Of a DNA stretch of 64,000 bases, positions 38,691 through 52,489 are shown one piece after another. The translations under genes were made by a program, and so were the position numbers. Origin of the DNA: Lama glama (taxonomy: Eukaryota); assembly GCA_028534125.1 (NCBI GenBank), contig CM052817.1:15192001-15256000 (forward strand), read 5' to 3'. The notes under the pieces are model-generated. The model had not been told where the DNA came from, did not search any database, and worked only from the letters and a program-made list of their open reading frames with translations. Within the stretch, counting starts at the first letter, position 1, and each line of letters begins with the position of its first letter.

Positions 38691-40250
38691 AAAATTAGAA
38701 AGCTAAATAACTATGTTAGTTGTTTAAAAGAAAGCAAGATAGAGCAAGGAAGCCAATATTGAATATATCTCTATGGTGGATTATAGGGGATTTATTCATT
38801 TTATAGTTCTGTATTTTATAAGTGTTCTACAATGAGCATATACAACAATTGCAAAAAGAAAATTGCAATTAAATCATTATTTTACTTGTTTTCATTTACT
38901 AGAATCTTTATAAAGAAGGCAAACCATTGGATTTTAGAAAATTACCATGATATTTATTGGCTCAGTAATTTGCTATAATCCATTTAACTATATCTTTATA
39001 TTTCTTTTTAAAATGCACCCAATTTGGTTATAAATAATGCTGTGCTAAACACTATTGCATAAGATATTTGACTATATTTCTGATTATTTCCTTAGCATAA
39101 ATTACTGTAAGTGTATTACAGACTCAAATGTATAAACAGTCTTATAGTTTTTTAAGTTTATTGAGCCACATCAGAGAGTAGATACACAGAATAACTTCCT
39201 ATCTCAAATACCAGATGTTACAGTTTTCATGGGAGGAAAAAAAAATAGAGATTCTGAAATCTTATTATTCCTTAAATATTTAACTAATAGCCATGTTTTG
39301 AGAATGTGATTTTATACAATTCCTTAAAATATTTTTTACAACACTGACATAGGGTTAGATGAAATTGTTTTTAAAGTAGATAGTAAGTGAGGCTATCCAT
39401 AGTAGTGAACTCTGTTATCTCCTTGAACCTTAAGGGCAAGTTGGCTAGAGCTTGGGAACTTCCTAAGAAATAAAGGAAGGCAGGCAGAACTTAGTCTGTG
39501 AAAACAAGACCTGGGATTCCTCTGCTCACAAGGTATTCCAAATATTCGAACCAAGGTCACTTACTGCATTGCCTTTGGATTAAATCAACGTTCCCGAGAT
39601 TTCTTCAGATTTTTCTCTTTAATTTATGCAGTTTTTACTCTTAAAGAGATACTCATATTTCTTATTCTGTATTTATTCTTCTTAGCAAGGAGACTTACGC
39701 TATCCTATTTGTTAAAGAATGGTTGAAGAATTAGCAGAAAACAATTTTCTAGTTTTTCTGTCACCCAAACAAACACATTCCGATGTTGCCATATTTTCTT
39801 CCACCTCCCACTCGTCCTTACCCGTCCTCCGCCCCTGGCCAGGTGGCATTTTTTGGCTTACACAGGGTTGTAATGACGTTTGTTTGTATTTCTGAATCTG
39901 ATGCTAAAAGAGAGAAATTTTAAAATTCTACTTTCTTTTATTCATTACAAGTTGTTCTTGATGATAGTAAACCAAAACAAAATTCTTTTCATTTAGACTT
40001 TTTTTTTTCCAGATGGAATTGTGAAATATCATCACTGCCTTGATGTTCTTAGAGATTCATTCCTGGGACCAGATCAGTCAAATTTATTTTATAAACTGAT
40101 GCTCCTCCTTAAAACTTCGTGATGACTATGTTAGTTTTTGGACCAGTGGATATTTATACAAGGGAAACCACAACCTTTTTATACCAAAATGTACTCACTA
40201 TTCAGGTGTTAATTTTGTTCAACTTTCGACTGGTTGATAAAAATATAGCC

Positions 40251-40635
40251 TGTCTCAGTCAGCTCAGGTTGCTATAACAAATATCATTGCCTGGATGACT
40301 TAAACAACAGACGTTTATTTCTCATAGTTGTGGAGGCTGGTAAATCAGAGATGAGTGTGCCAATAGGGTTGGATTCTGGTGAGGACTCTCTTACATTTGC
40401 AGACAGTTGCCTTCCTCATGTTGTGATCCTCACGTGGCAGAAAGGAAAGAGAAAGTAAGTTCTCTGATCTCTTCTTATGAGGGAATTAATCCTATCATGA
40501 AGACCCCACCCTCATGACCTCTTCTAAATCTAATTACCTCCCAAAGGCTCCACTTCCAAATGGCATCACATTCAGGGTTAGGGCTTCAAAATACGAATTT
40601 TGGGGCAGAGAAACACAAACATTTAATCCATAACA
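40251..40635 (-). mobile_element. MaLR solo LTR (MLT1A0-like)
   Basis: tgtctcagtcagctcaggttgctataacaaa...ccccaccctcatgacct...ggttagggcttcaa...ccataaca. Confidence 0.9.
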
Positions 40636-41234
40636 CACAGAAAATATGCATATATGTGTAGAAAGATACATATGAAGATATATCAATAGAGAGATAGATG
40701 AAGATACAAGAAATAAGGAACCATTATATACCTATAACATATCTTGATATATGTATCTATATATGCATATATCTACATCTTTATACATGCATATCTTCAC
40801 AAACATATATCAGCCAACTAAAAGTTGAAACACACGCACACACACACAATCACACATAAATATGAATATAATGGTTTCTGAGTTTTCATATACACGAGAA
40901 TATTTTTCTTTCAAGCATGAAAGGAAATGGGGTAGAAAAGCTTCTTATAGAAAAACTCCTGTAATTCCAGATGTTGCCACATTTCCTTCAGACTTTCAAT
41001 GCTTCAGATGAGAAGCCTGAGATTTTTTTAATAACTAAACTTAGCTCTTGTTTCTTTATAAATAACCCCATCCCCTGCATAATGCCTTGTTTTGTCTGCA
41101 GAGGACATTTGTAAAAACAACTATAATACAAAATTTCTGCCAGAATAAAATACAAAATTTTTGCCAAAGCAAACATGTTTTATTCTTTTTATTTTTCATT
41201 TGTTTTGCTGGAAATTTGATGAGCCTATCACCCT

Positions 41235-41761
41235 TGCATTACTTTTCCATTGCTGCATAGCCAATGACACACTTAACATCTTAGAACATTACTTCATTAT
41301 TATCCCACAGTTTCTGTGGATCAGGAGTCTGGGCACAGCCTGACTGGGTCCTATCTTAGAGCTATACTAGGTGATAGTCAAGTGTTGACCAGGCTGTGTT
41401 CTCATCTGGACACTTGCCCGTGGGAGAATGTGCTTTCAACTCATTCAAGCTGTTGGCAGAATCCATTTTCGTACATTGGGATCACTGAATGCTCGGGGAT
41501 TTAGCTACTTGTAGGATGGAAGTTGCCCTCGGCTCCTAGATTTCTGATTCCATAGGCCCTCTCACAACATGACGGCTTGCTTCTTCAAGCCAGCACAGAG
41601 AATCTCTCTTTATCTGCTAAGACAAAGTTTTATATTATGAAATGTAATCAAGAGAGTGACATTCCATCACCTTGTCATGTTCTTTTGGTTAGAGTGACAA
41701 TTTCTGCTGGTATTCAAGGGAGAGGAGTGGAGAAGGGTCACCTTAGGGTTTGTCCACCACA
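41235..41761 (-). mobile_element. MaLR solo LTR (MLT1E-like)
   Basis: cacagtttctgtggatcaggagtctgggcacagc...tgttggcagaatccattt...gcttgcttcttcaagccagca...ccaccaca. Confidence 0.85.
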
Positions 41762-41879
41762 AGCCCACTCAGGAAATATTTTCTTTATGTTTAATTATTG
41801 ATTCTTCTCCAAATATCTCATTTTCTTCCTTAGCAACAATGGTAATTCATAGTTTTCTTAGACTGGGATTCTGTATTTC

Positions 41880-42130
41880 TAAGGATCTTTTTAGATGCTA
41901 GTGACAGAAATTCAGTTCTACCTGGTTTAAGTAAAAACAGAAATTTAATGTAAGGGTCCTGGAGTAGGTTAAGGGCTAGTCAAAGTTGAAAAGAGAATAG
42001 AAACAGCCAAAATGTAGCAAAAACAATGGAAGTGAGAAAGATCTGTTCTTTCACTGGTCCTTGTCACATTTCTGCTTTGCTCTGCATGTTGCCTGTTTCT
42101 CTCTGGCTGTACATGGGTTTTCTTTGCCTC
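41880..42130 (-). mobile_element. Old MaLR LTR fragment (MLT1K-like)
   Basis: gctagtgacagaaattcagttctacctggtttaagtaaaaa. Confidence 0.5.
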
Positions 42131-42852
42131 AGTCCTCATGCTAGATGCCAAAAGACTAAATGCCTTAGCAAACATATAGCCATTGGAAAACTCCTGGTAC
42201 ATGGTGAGTATTCAGCAGTTCTGAACTATTGTTATCATCTTATTATTACTGGTTTTATTATCCTTATAATTTATATAATCTTTTGCCATTGAAAAGCTTC
42301 ATTCTAAATAAGGTTGGAGAATGTTGGAGAGGCAATGTCATAGCTTGTTAGTAGAATTTCAACTTCCTTTCCTTTTCAAAAAATTGTATCTATTTGTCTT
42401 TTTCTTGAATATTCTTTAAGATCTCAAATCTTTCTTCGATATCACCCATTCTATTTTCTCCTGTATCCGTTATATTATTCACTCATTTCAATGCAGAATT
42501 TCTGCAACAAACTCCATCTTTCTTTCTCTCAAAAATTACCTTTCACATTGTTTCCCCTTTCTTTGCATCTTGTTGGTCTTTCCACCACAGTCTATTCTCT
42601 CCTATGGCTTTCTGCTTTATTTACACAGAGGTCATACTATTTATGTCCTCCTAAGAGTATAAAAAAATTTTCCAAGACATGCTTCTAGCCATTATGACAC
42701 ACATATTCCAGAGACATTCTGCTCTGTGCTCTTAAGATAAAATTGTTTTTTCCTAACTTCAAAATACCCTACCTCCATGAGGTCATGATATTATGTTGAA
42801 TTCTCTTATCTAATGAAGATAGATCTCTTCAGAACAGATACATAAAAGATGC

Positions 42853-43278
42853 TGTCATATCCCTTCACTACTTCAGTTCTGGGCAGGTTACTGGCTTCCT
42901 AATGTAAGCATCTGGGATTCTGCGCCTGAAGCTTCTCCTGCATGTTTGGGTGCAGACGTGCCAGAGAATTGGCATCCCTTAGGGTAGTCCTCATGGGGGT
43001 AGCTCAGTGTGGAATGGGAATTGCCGAGCTTCTCAAATTCTCAGTTGGAACAACTTCAAGGCATGTCCTAAGCTCTCTCCCAGAGGTCTGCAGTGGGTCT
43101 GAGCGCCAGTTTCTCATAGCAAAACTTGCTTGTTAAGGCATTTTTATTGGCTGTCTTCCCTTTTGTGAATTACTTCCTCATTCCCTGATTGAAGCTTCCT
43201 GGGACCTCATCCCATATTATCTATTTGCACTCCAACCTTGTCCCAGGCTCTTCTTCTATGGGACCCCATCCTAAATCA
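42853..43278 (+). mobile_element. ERVL solo LTR (LTR16-like)
   Basis: ctcccagaggtctgcagtggg...tttattggctgtcttccctt...gcttcctgggacctcatccc...atttgcactc...gggacccc. Confidence 0.75.
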
Positions 43279-44109
43279 AATCATCTGACAACAAATCAAG
43301 TGAATGAGTTCCTCTTGGGTGCTAATTAGATCATTGTTTTGGATTTAGAGCTGGAGAGCAAATTGATGTGCACTGTTCATAATTTCAAACAGATTTTCAT
43401 TTGGGTCTACTGTGGCCAATCACTCATTACTCCCTGGCTGTGATCAAAGGGCAAGAAAGTTGTGTCACCAAATGTCCTCTGTTTTCCCCATCTTTGCCTT
43501 ACTCACAGTCCTCTACATGCAGGGCTTATAAAGAACAGGGTGCTGTGCCCTTCATCTTCATGTTTCCTCTCAGTTGTTTTCTGAAACTCTCCATCTAGGA
43601 CTAGATACAGAACAAGAGACATTAATGATGTTTAAGAGGGAATAACATTCTGTCCAAAAGAGTAGAATCTACAAAAGAGATGGTCTGAGACCCAGGCTTT
43701 TTATGCTTTCAATTCTCTAATGAAAATGCTATGTTCTGTAGTTGTATGGTCAAGAGGAAATATGTCATTTCTGCCCTTACGAAATGCATAGTCTAGTATT
43801 GCTTAATATGCAGTCCTTAGACCAGCTGTAGCAAAAGGATTTGGGGGACAGATTCTTGGACCTTATCGCAGAGCTACTAATTCATAATTTCAGAAACCTA
43901 GGTACTTCTTGTAAATTCTAAGTGACTGGTCTAGTGGTTAGTGTCTACTTTTTATTTAATTAAGAGAAACTCAGAGAAAGAGAAAACTTATCTTCTAAGC
44001 AAATCATTTTTTTCAATCAATTGTCCATTGATGTTAAGTAATTTAAATTAATTATTATTAGTTATTGGTTTTTCTGTTGGTGTAATATTATGGCAATTTA
44101 TTCACAAGT

Positions 44110-44700
44110 AGCTTCTAAAAATGGTGTGTGAGAAGCATTTTCTGAATCCTTGTGTGAGAAATATTTTATTCCAAATTTTACAGATAACTTGGCTGGGTAT
44201 AATACTCTAGGTTGAAAGTTACTTTTCCTTAGTCTATTTGTAGCACCTTTCTATTGCCTTGTAGCATCTGGTGTCATTGGGGAAATATCAGTGTGATCAA
44301 TTTTGTTTTTCTAGGAACTTTTAGGATCTTTCTTTTATCTCTCAGGTCTTAAAATTTTACAAATTTTAAAATTTGGTCTCATTTATTTTTTATCCATTGT
44401 GTTGGCATTCAGTAGGACCTTTAAGCTTAATGCCATATATCCTTTTGTGTCTCTGGAAAATGCGTCTCTTACAGCTCCAGTAATTTATTTTTGTCTTTTT
44501 TAAAAATCCTTTTATTCTGAGTGTTGAAGCATCTATATTGGCATTCTATACATCATACCTTTCATCACATATTATCTCTCTCTCTATCCTTTGTTTCTCT
44601 ATACATTCTGGAGATTTCTGAATTATATTGGCAATTCTTTGTATAGAATTTGGTTTCTTTTGGCTTTTTCTTCTTTATGCCGCTGCTTTGAAAATTTTTG
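44110..44700 (-). mobile_element. HAL1 or L1 ORF1-region remnant
   Basis: ttggctgggtataatactctaggttgaaagtt...tccattgtgttggcattcagtaggaccttt. Confidence 0.6.
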
Positions 44701-46904
44701 ATTTTTAATTCATGTTTTTTTAAAAAAAACCTCATTAATACATGTGTACTTATTTTTCTTCTATTGTACAGTTTGTATCCCCACTGACTTTATTGATAGT
44801 ATTAATTCTTCCAAATGTCTAGCAATAAGTTGACGTTAGTTTTAAATTTTGGTGATGTCAGAGTGTTTTATAACTCTATTTGGAATTTTTCCTGGGAAAC
44901 TTGGAGTGGCTACATCAGGAGCCACTAGCCACATGCCAATTAAAATGAGAATCAGATTCTGTTTTTCAAATTAAGTTTACAAACTTGGCTCTTAAATTCA
45001 TAAACTATGAAATAACGTTGGCAGTGTATCAGTTCCTCCCAACCTGCATTAAGTATTCCCACACTGGTAATTTCCTGGTCCACATATTGATCCTAATTGA
45101 AAAAAAAATTCTACCCAACAAATGTGACGGACTGGTGATTCCAAACTGTTACTTGTACATCTTCAGGGGTTAAGTCAGAGTCTTAAAGCTAAGTGGCTTT
45201 AATCACCTGAAAAGGAAGTTATCCTGGGGTAATGTATTAAGTGTGTATGTGTACTTTTAATCTGTTTTTGTCCACTGGAATCCTTAAATAGAAGAGAAAC
45301 CATCCAAGACAGGTATTTTCAGGCTAGACTACCATGGTGCACATCTGCCTAATAAAGTTGTTGTTGAAGCCCTTCCTGTTGACTTTTAACCTCGGGGTCT
45401 GTGTAAAGTCCCTCATTCATTAAGCAGTTGATTCCATTAGCAGCAGGCTGTGTCTGGGATCCTGGGGACCCTGCACCTGGCCTCCTTTATTCCTGACAAA
45501 TCATCTGATTTTATTGATAGCCACCTGGAAAATTACATTTAGGGCAGGGGGCTAAGGCACACAGCTTAGAACCCACTCCTCCAAAGGAGCAGCAAGAGAC
45601 AGCCTGTCCTGGTCTCCTCTGCAGCCAGTCCATAGAAATAGGCATTTTGGAAGGAATGACTCAATATTACTTTGCCAAGTTCACTCAGCTATTTCTTTCT
45701 CTAAGGGGTATTTTAAATGAGGCAAGTTTCTCTTCCAGTTTGCATCTCAGAGGGGGCAAGGACAGCTCCTAGGCTGCCATCAAAAGCCTTCAGTAGCCCC
45801 TTTACTGGAGTCTCTTGTCAACTCCCATATTATTCTGTCCCCCAGGCCTCACATGATGCTTATAGGGTGGTGCCTGGCAGTTCGGGAATAGCAACGCTTC
45901 TGACCCCATAGCAAGTCTTCTTTCTGGCTGCCACATTAGATCAAAACCTGTGTGGGATTATCCCTTCAGGAGGCAGTTCTCCTTTTTCAGTTGTTAGCAG
46001 GTGTTGCTGAACAGATTCACACTCTCTGGGGAGGTGGGAAGCGCATCAGTGTCAGAGGGAGAGATTTGCTTTGGGTTAGCGGGGATGACGGCACACCTAC
46101 ACACACTTCCTGCAGCTCCCAGGGTTTCATCCAGAGCTCAAAAAACCGCAGAGGCAAAATTGGTGAAAAGCATTTTCCTTTTGGGGCAGAAGGAGCAGAA
46201 ACCTGAAACCTCCTAATTACTACAGGAAAAGGAAGAGGCTTTGTCAATTATTTTTCCAAGAAGATGGAAAGCTTGAGGGCACTCCCTCAAGTTGAGTCAG
46301 GAAACTTATTTTGAACAGGAAAAAAAAAAGACTGCACATAGTCTTAGAAGTGAAACCATCTGTGACCCCATTTCTTTAGATTTGAAAAGAACGGAGCTTG
46401 AGATTTCTCTGGTTTTTCTAGCAGCTTAGGTCTTATGAGCTCAAGTTCTCAAAAGAGCCCTTCTCCATAGTCCTCTACAGGTACAGATAACTGAGCACTG
46501 GTGCGGGTGGGGGGGGGTGACTTAGTGAGAAATTAGAATGGTTAAATACTATAAAAATAACTGCTTTTGCATAGATTATGCAGCCTTAGTACTTTCGAGA
46601 GCAAGCAATTACTCAAACCAGACCAAGCAAAGTATTGTAAAGCAGATCTCTGGAAACCTGTTTTAACATATAACTTTCAAATGGTTATAATTCAGGCAAC
46701 AAATTAGCAGCAGTAAATGGTGTGATGACTGCTTGTATGCAATGGCCTCTTGGAAAGAGTTTGGAGGAAATAACACTTTGGATTGGATGGACGTGGATTT
46801 AAATTCCTTTCACATCACCTATTAATCGTGAGATTTGGAACCACTTAGCTGCTTAAAGCTATAGTTACATTTCAGTTTGACAATAATGCAACTACATTAT
46901 AGAG

Positions 46905-47086
46905 TTTTTTAAATTAAATTAAATTTATTTAATTGAGTTATAGTCAGTCTACAATGTTGTGTCAATTTCTGGTGTACAGCACAATTTTTCAGTCATACAT
47001 GAATATACATATATTTGTTTTCATTTTCTTTTTCACCGTGAGCTACTACAAGATCCTGAATATATTTCCCTGTGCTATACAGTATA
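46905..47086 (-). mobile_element. Young 5'-truncated L1 3' end (camelid-like) inside a decayed MIR
   Basis: attgagttatagtcagtctacaatgttgtgtcaatttctggtgtacagcacaa...gagctactacaagatcctgaatatatttccctgtgctatacag. Confidence 0.85.
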
Positions 47087-47349
47087 GGGCTGTTAATAGG
47101 AGTAATTTTTTAAAAAGTGCATCCACAATAGTTGAAAACTTTTAAAAATGCAAGTTAGATTCTCGTTTCACTCAGAATGAAATCTAAATTTCTGCTATGA
47201 ACTGCGGGACCTTCCATACTTAATCTGCTGCCTCCATCTCCAACTCACGGACTCACTCACCCTTTGCTCAGATCCATGTCCTGCTTGGCTTAATTGATTC
47301 CCACAATATTCTTCTAACATCAGCATCGATGGTTTCTTCTTACACGCAC

Positions 47350-48260
47350 TGCAATATTGTGATTTATAAGAAATATATATATTTGGTCATTTAGATGATC
47401 AAAATTCATTTCTCATAGATATTTGGTCTTAGTTCACAGTTTCTGGCTCACAGGTCCCCATACTCTTGGAATTTCCTTTGATGAGAGCAATGAATGTGTT
47501 TCTTGTTATGTTAATGAAGTGACTTTGGGACTGTACCTAGGGCTGGGGGATGGTTGTCTGGAGAATCAACTATATGATTTAGAGGGTTTGGGAGGGGAGG
47601 GGAGAGGTGCTGAGGATAAAATCAATCGCCAAAGGCCAATGTTTTAACCAATCATGCCTATGTAGTGAAGTCTCCATAAAAACTCAAGAAGAGAGGGTTC
47701 AAAAAGCTTCTGGGTGAACAAGTAGAGATTTGGGGAGAGTGGGCATATTCCGAGAGGGCATGAAATCTCTCTCAGCCCACTTTCCTCAAACGTTGCCTTA
47801 TTTTATCTTCTATCTGGCTGTTCCTGAGTTATATTCTTTTTATAATAAACCAATAACCTAGCAAGCAAAATGTTCCTCTGAGTTCTGTGAGGGGCTCTAG
47901 CAAATTAATCAAACCCAAGGAGGGTTTGTGGGAACTTCTGATTTATAGTCAGTCGGTCAGAAGCACAGGTAGCAAGCTGGATTTGCCACAGGTGTCTGAA
48001 GTTCAAAGAGGGACTCTCTAATCCATAGTCTGTAGATCAGAAGCACAGGTGATATCTTGGACTTGACATCTGAAGTTGGAGAGGTAGTCTTGTGGGACTG
48101 AGCTCTTAACCTGTGAGATCTGATGCTATCTCCAGGTAGATAGTGTCAGAATTTACTTGAATTGTAGGACGCCTAGCTGGTGTCCAAGCATTACTTTTTG
48201 GAATAGGGGAACCCCCCTCACATGTACAGTGAAACTGGGGACCAGAACCCAAATTAGATA
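47350..48260 (+). mobile_element. MER21-type solo LTR
   Basis: tgcaatattgtgatttataagaaatatatat...ccaatcatgcctatgta...aataaa...ggtcagaagcacaggt...tccaggtagatagtgtcagaatt. Confidence 0.9.
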
Positions 48261-48307
48261 CCTTCCCCTACCACCTATCTCTGTAACATGGTGTCCATCA
48301 GCACGAA

Positions 48308-48590
48308 CTCATTGATTCGTTCATTTAACTATATTTATTGAGTACCTACTACATGCCAGGCATTGTTCTAATAGCTAAGAATACAGTTCTAGACAACCTC
48401 CAGGAGGCCCCTGCTTTCATGGAACTTTCATTCTCATGGGGGAGACAGATTAAAAACAAGTAAGTAGTAGGGATGATTTTATATAGTAAAAAGAAATATT
48501 AAGGAAACAAAATGAGGCGTTGGGTGGGGCTGGTGTAGTCTGGGTAGTCGATGTCTCTAACGAGGAGGTGATTTTGAGCTGAGATCCCAG
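48308..48590 (-). mobile_element. L2a-like 3' end
   Basis: atatttattgagtacctactacatgccaggcattgttcta. Confidence 0.85.
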
Positions 48591-51500
48591 TTCAAGCCAG
48601 AATCCTGTAACAAAAAGGAGGTAAGTCCCTGTAAAAAGAAGAGTTTCCTATCCTGCTGTATGTTAAAGGAGCAGGAGGTTTTGTGACTAAAACAAGCCTG
48701 GATAAAAATGCACTTCCACAAGACAAACTTGAGCTGTCACATCACTCTTTCCCACCGAGTTCCTTGACTTGAGGTGGGTAATAAAACTTTCCCAGAACAC
48801 CATCATGACTGCTGGGAGAAAGGACCTATAATAGGGTCCAAATTTATGAGGTTTTACTATATACCATCTCAAAGGGGGGACTTTTGAAAGTGCAGGGTTG
48901 GATGTGTGGCTCTTGATCTTTTTCACCATGAAGTTAGACTTTCCCCTCCTCTTTCCTCAGACATCCACGTCTCTGAAATAATCATTATGTGGCCAGCAGC
49001 AAGGTCCTCCTCACTTGAGTGTGCGGATGGGCTGTCCATGAGGTCCAAGGCTGGTACCACTGCTTCTGCATTCATTAGGTATTTATTCAGTCGAAGCCAT
49101 CCCCATTCTGACTGCTTCAGGCCAATGGATCTGTCCACTCTGGCTCTTTCTTCCTCTCCCCCCTCATATCGCTCCCTCATTGCTTTAATATGTCTTCAGG
49201 GAGTTTCTTCTCTTTTCTGTGCAATGCTGGGAGAATGTTTTTCTTGAGTCCTCACTTAAAGAGAATTATGAACTACTGGAAAAAGCTCTTCTGTTGATTA
49301 GGCTTTTTTTCTCCATTTGGGGGAAATCAAATGACTGAAATATAAATTTGATTTGAACAGTTCTTAAATATCTTTTTTTCAACATTGACAAGAATTTTGC
49401 CTCTGCATTTTGATTTGGCACATTTAAAAAGTGAACCAGAAAGACTCTTAACCACTAAAAGTAGAAATTGCAAGAAGCAGTCTAAATACAAACCAGCAAA
49501 AATGATTATGATAAAATGTCTTTTTGCATGTCTGATCTGTAAACACATTTAATGGCCCACTCAGAGGATGATGGTATTATCATTCCAAGTAACATATTCT
49601 TGGAGGGTGAGTCCCAAGTCCAATTTTTAACCATTCCAAAGATTTGGAAAGGCTGTCAAATATGGTTTTAAAAATTGCAACACTCACATAGACTTGCATT
49701 TTATATAAATATAAAATTTGGAGAAAAAAAAAGAAAGACGGGAAAGTATTTATACTTTTGCTAATGGGCTAGGCATGCATCAATTAAAGAAATATTCACA
49801 TACTTATTTTAAAAAACATAATATGATGTTGCTACAGATTAGTGGTAGGTTTCAACATTACTTTGTCTCTTCTCATGTTGTTCAGGAATAAGAGAATTCC
49901 TCTCCTATGCCATCACTCCTAAAGTTTTCTAAATACTCTCATCCTTTGAATGGTCCATTAGATGGGTTCCTTTCCATGTGAGTTGGTTTATATGGAGCCC
50001 TGGATAAATGCCAAAGCAAAGAAACATCACTCCAAAGGAAATGATGAACATAAGATGCACTGCAGAGGATGAAACTTGCAGGCAACTGAAATATCAACTA
50101 GATGATGGCTCGGATTGCAGCCAGTCCCCTTGAACTATCGTCTACTTCACTCTCTGCAAAACTCTCACTGTTGTTCAGTGTCATCTTTTCCCACCTGAGT
50201 GGCTTGTTTGTTTTTGCTTTTGTTTTTTTGTTTTTTCACTTTTCTCCATTGTACAACATCTACATGGAAATCTTTTATCTCCCTTACACAACTGAACTTC
50301 ACAGTGGAATTTCTGGTCTTTGTTTCTCTGATTCTAAGCTGTGGCACTCACATTTAGCTGTTTAGGTTGAGGGGTTGGAGCTAAGCAGAAAGAGGTGCCA
50401 GCTGAGCCCCAGCTGAATGTGGTTGTCACCAGGCACAGACCAGACAAAATGCCCAAATGACACCTAACTCTCAACAACTTTGGGCAAGTTATTATTCAGA
50501 AAGTGCCAACTGACAGATGCCTTCTCTTAAGACTTATATGTTAATGTGTTTATAAAACCCAAACCAAGAAATGTGGCATGCTTATTGATGGATGTATCAA
50601 AGGATTTTGGTGCATCAAACTAGAAAGTTCAAATCAAAGGCTAGAAGAGAGAGAAAAGAGTCTCCCCAGGACTGTAGCCCAATTTCTACTTTCCTAGGAA
50701 CATGAAAGTCACCAGTCCACAAATCTGAATGGATAGAAGAATTAGAATATGCTTCTGTGAAGAATGTACTTTATGGTCATAAAGCCTGTGGTGGCAGCAT
50801 CTTGAATTTTGAGAAATTTGGAATAATTATAAATGAAAGGCTTCTTGTCTGTGATGTTTACACAGATTGTAGGCAACCCAATGATACTGGGTAAAACTGC
50901 TATTCTATGTAAAAATAAGAAGGGATAGTTTGAGAATCCATAGCCAGGAGTTCACATACAAAAGGAGTGAATTAGATTCATTTGTCTCCACCTATTTAGC
51001 CACATTCCTGATGGAAATATTGCTATTTGATATGTCATTTCTCTTTCTCGAAATTCTGAACTTTCATCTTTGAAACTTGACTATTTATTATTACATGTCA
51101 TCCTTCAAGTCCAGAACAAATCACAAAAGGATGCATAGGAGATATTCTTTTAATGCCAGGATTTACTATAAATCACAATTTCTTCTTTTCTCTGGAAAAG
51201 GAAAGGGGCAGAAGACAACGATGACAGGGGGCACCTGTGCTTAGTTACATATGATTTGAAACTTGAGTTAATAGCATGAAATATATTCATACAGTGAACT
51301 TCTGCAAATGTGAAATTTCCTTGCTTCACGATCGAAATTCATTACCAATGGGAAGGTTTAAAACCAGAGAAAATGACTGGGGAAAACTGCTTGAAATATA
51401 ACAGGCTTGAAAAACAAGAGAAACACAAGGTAAAACTAAAAAGAATGATCTGGCATTAAGAGAATTTAGTAAAATTTTAGATATATGTACATTTATAAAA

Positions 51501-51914
51501 TCTCCACAGATGATCATGAATGTATGGATGAAACTCTGATAGGAAAACTTAAAGGCTGAAATTATACATGTATTAAAACAGAATAATGGCAGCATTTATG
51601 GAAAAAAAACATACAGGTTCAAATTTATGTTGGCAGTAGCCATAAGACCTCTCCTTCTGCAAATGTCACCATTTAAGACTCTTGGTTCAAATTCACATCA
51701 CTTTAATTCTGATATGGAAACCAGTTTAAAAAAAAAGTTTTATCTTGGCGTAAGTTGCAAGTGATCTAATTAAAGAAATGAGATACCATTGAAAAGGAGC
51801 AATTTTATGACTTTTCAATACACATAGTAATGAGAGTCAGGCTAACATGTGTCAATCCCCCCATCGCCACCTTTCATTGAAAGACAGTTATCAGTTTGTT
51901 TAGCACTGTGTCTT

Positions 51915-52250
51915 GTATTCATTCATTCACTCAAATGTTCATTTCATAACTATTTATTGAGTGCCTACTCTGTGATAGGCATCATAGAAAGTGCCAGTGA
52001 AGCAGAGACAGATGCTGTCTCTGTCCTCAAGAAACAAGCAGTCTAGTGGAGGTGATGGACATTCATTAAAACTTCAAATTGTGATACATACTCTGAAGGA
52101 CGGCGGCATAGCCGTGCGAGATTATAGTAGAACTTAGCAAATCAAGGACGATTTTCCTGAGGAACCAGCCTCCTGAAGAAACAGAGGAGTTAATTACTGT
52201 CAAGGAAGTGTGGGCAACGCAAGAGAGGCTCAGAGTACATCATAGATAAG
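51915..52250 (-). mobile_element. L2 3' region
   Basis: ttcattcattcactca...tatttattgagtgcctactctgtg...gtctagtggagg. Confidence 0.8.
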
Positions 52251-52279
52251 AGAGGGAAATGGTTGGGCGTTCATGGGGA

Positions 52280-52480
52280 TCACAGATTCGTAAAATGTTA
52301 ACGCCAGAAGGGTGCTCAGGCTGCTCTAGTTCAATCTCTTTATTTTACAGGTGAGGAAACTGACTCAGAGGGGTTAAGTGACTTGGCCAAGGTGACACCA
52401 CTAATGAGAGCTGGAGCTAGGATCAGAGCCCAGGGCTCCTAATTACCCTTTTAATGCTTTCCCACCACACCATGCTGATT
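52280..52480 (-). mobile_element. MIR3-like SINE
   Basis: ttttacaggtgaggaaactgactcagaggggttaagtgacttggccaaggtgacac. Confidence 0.85.
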
Positions 52481-52489
52481 CTTCCTATC

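Noticed and set aside
40012..40130. Strong-looking acceptor ttttttttttccag|ATG
   Set aside because: The ATG frame stops after 3 codons, the other frames also close, and there is no convincing donor
47941..48078. Internal ~80-bp repeat containing tcagaagcacaggt
   Set aside because: Likely an intrinsic feature of MER21-type LTRs rather than a new structure
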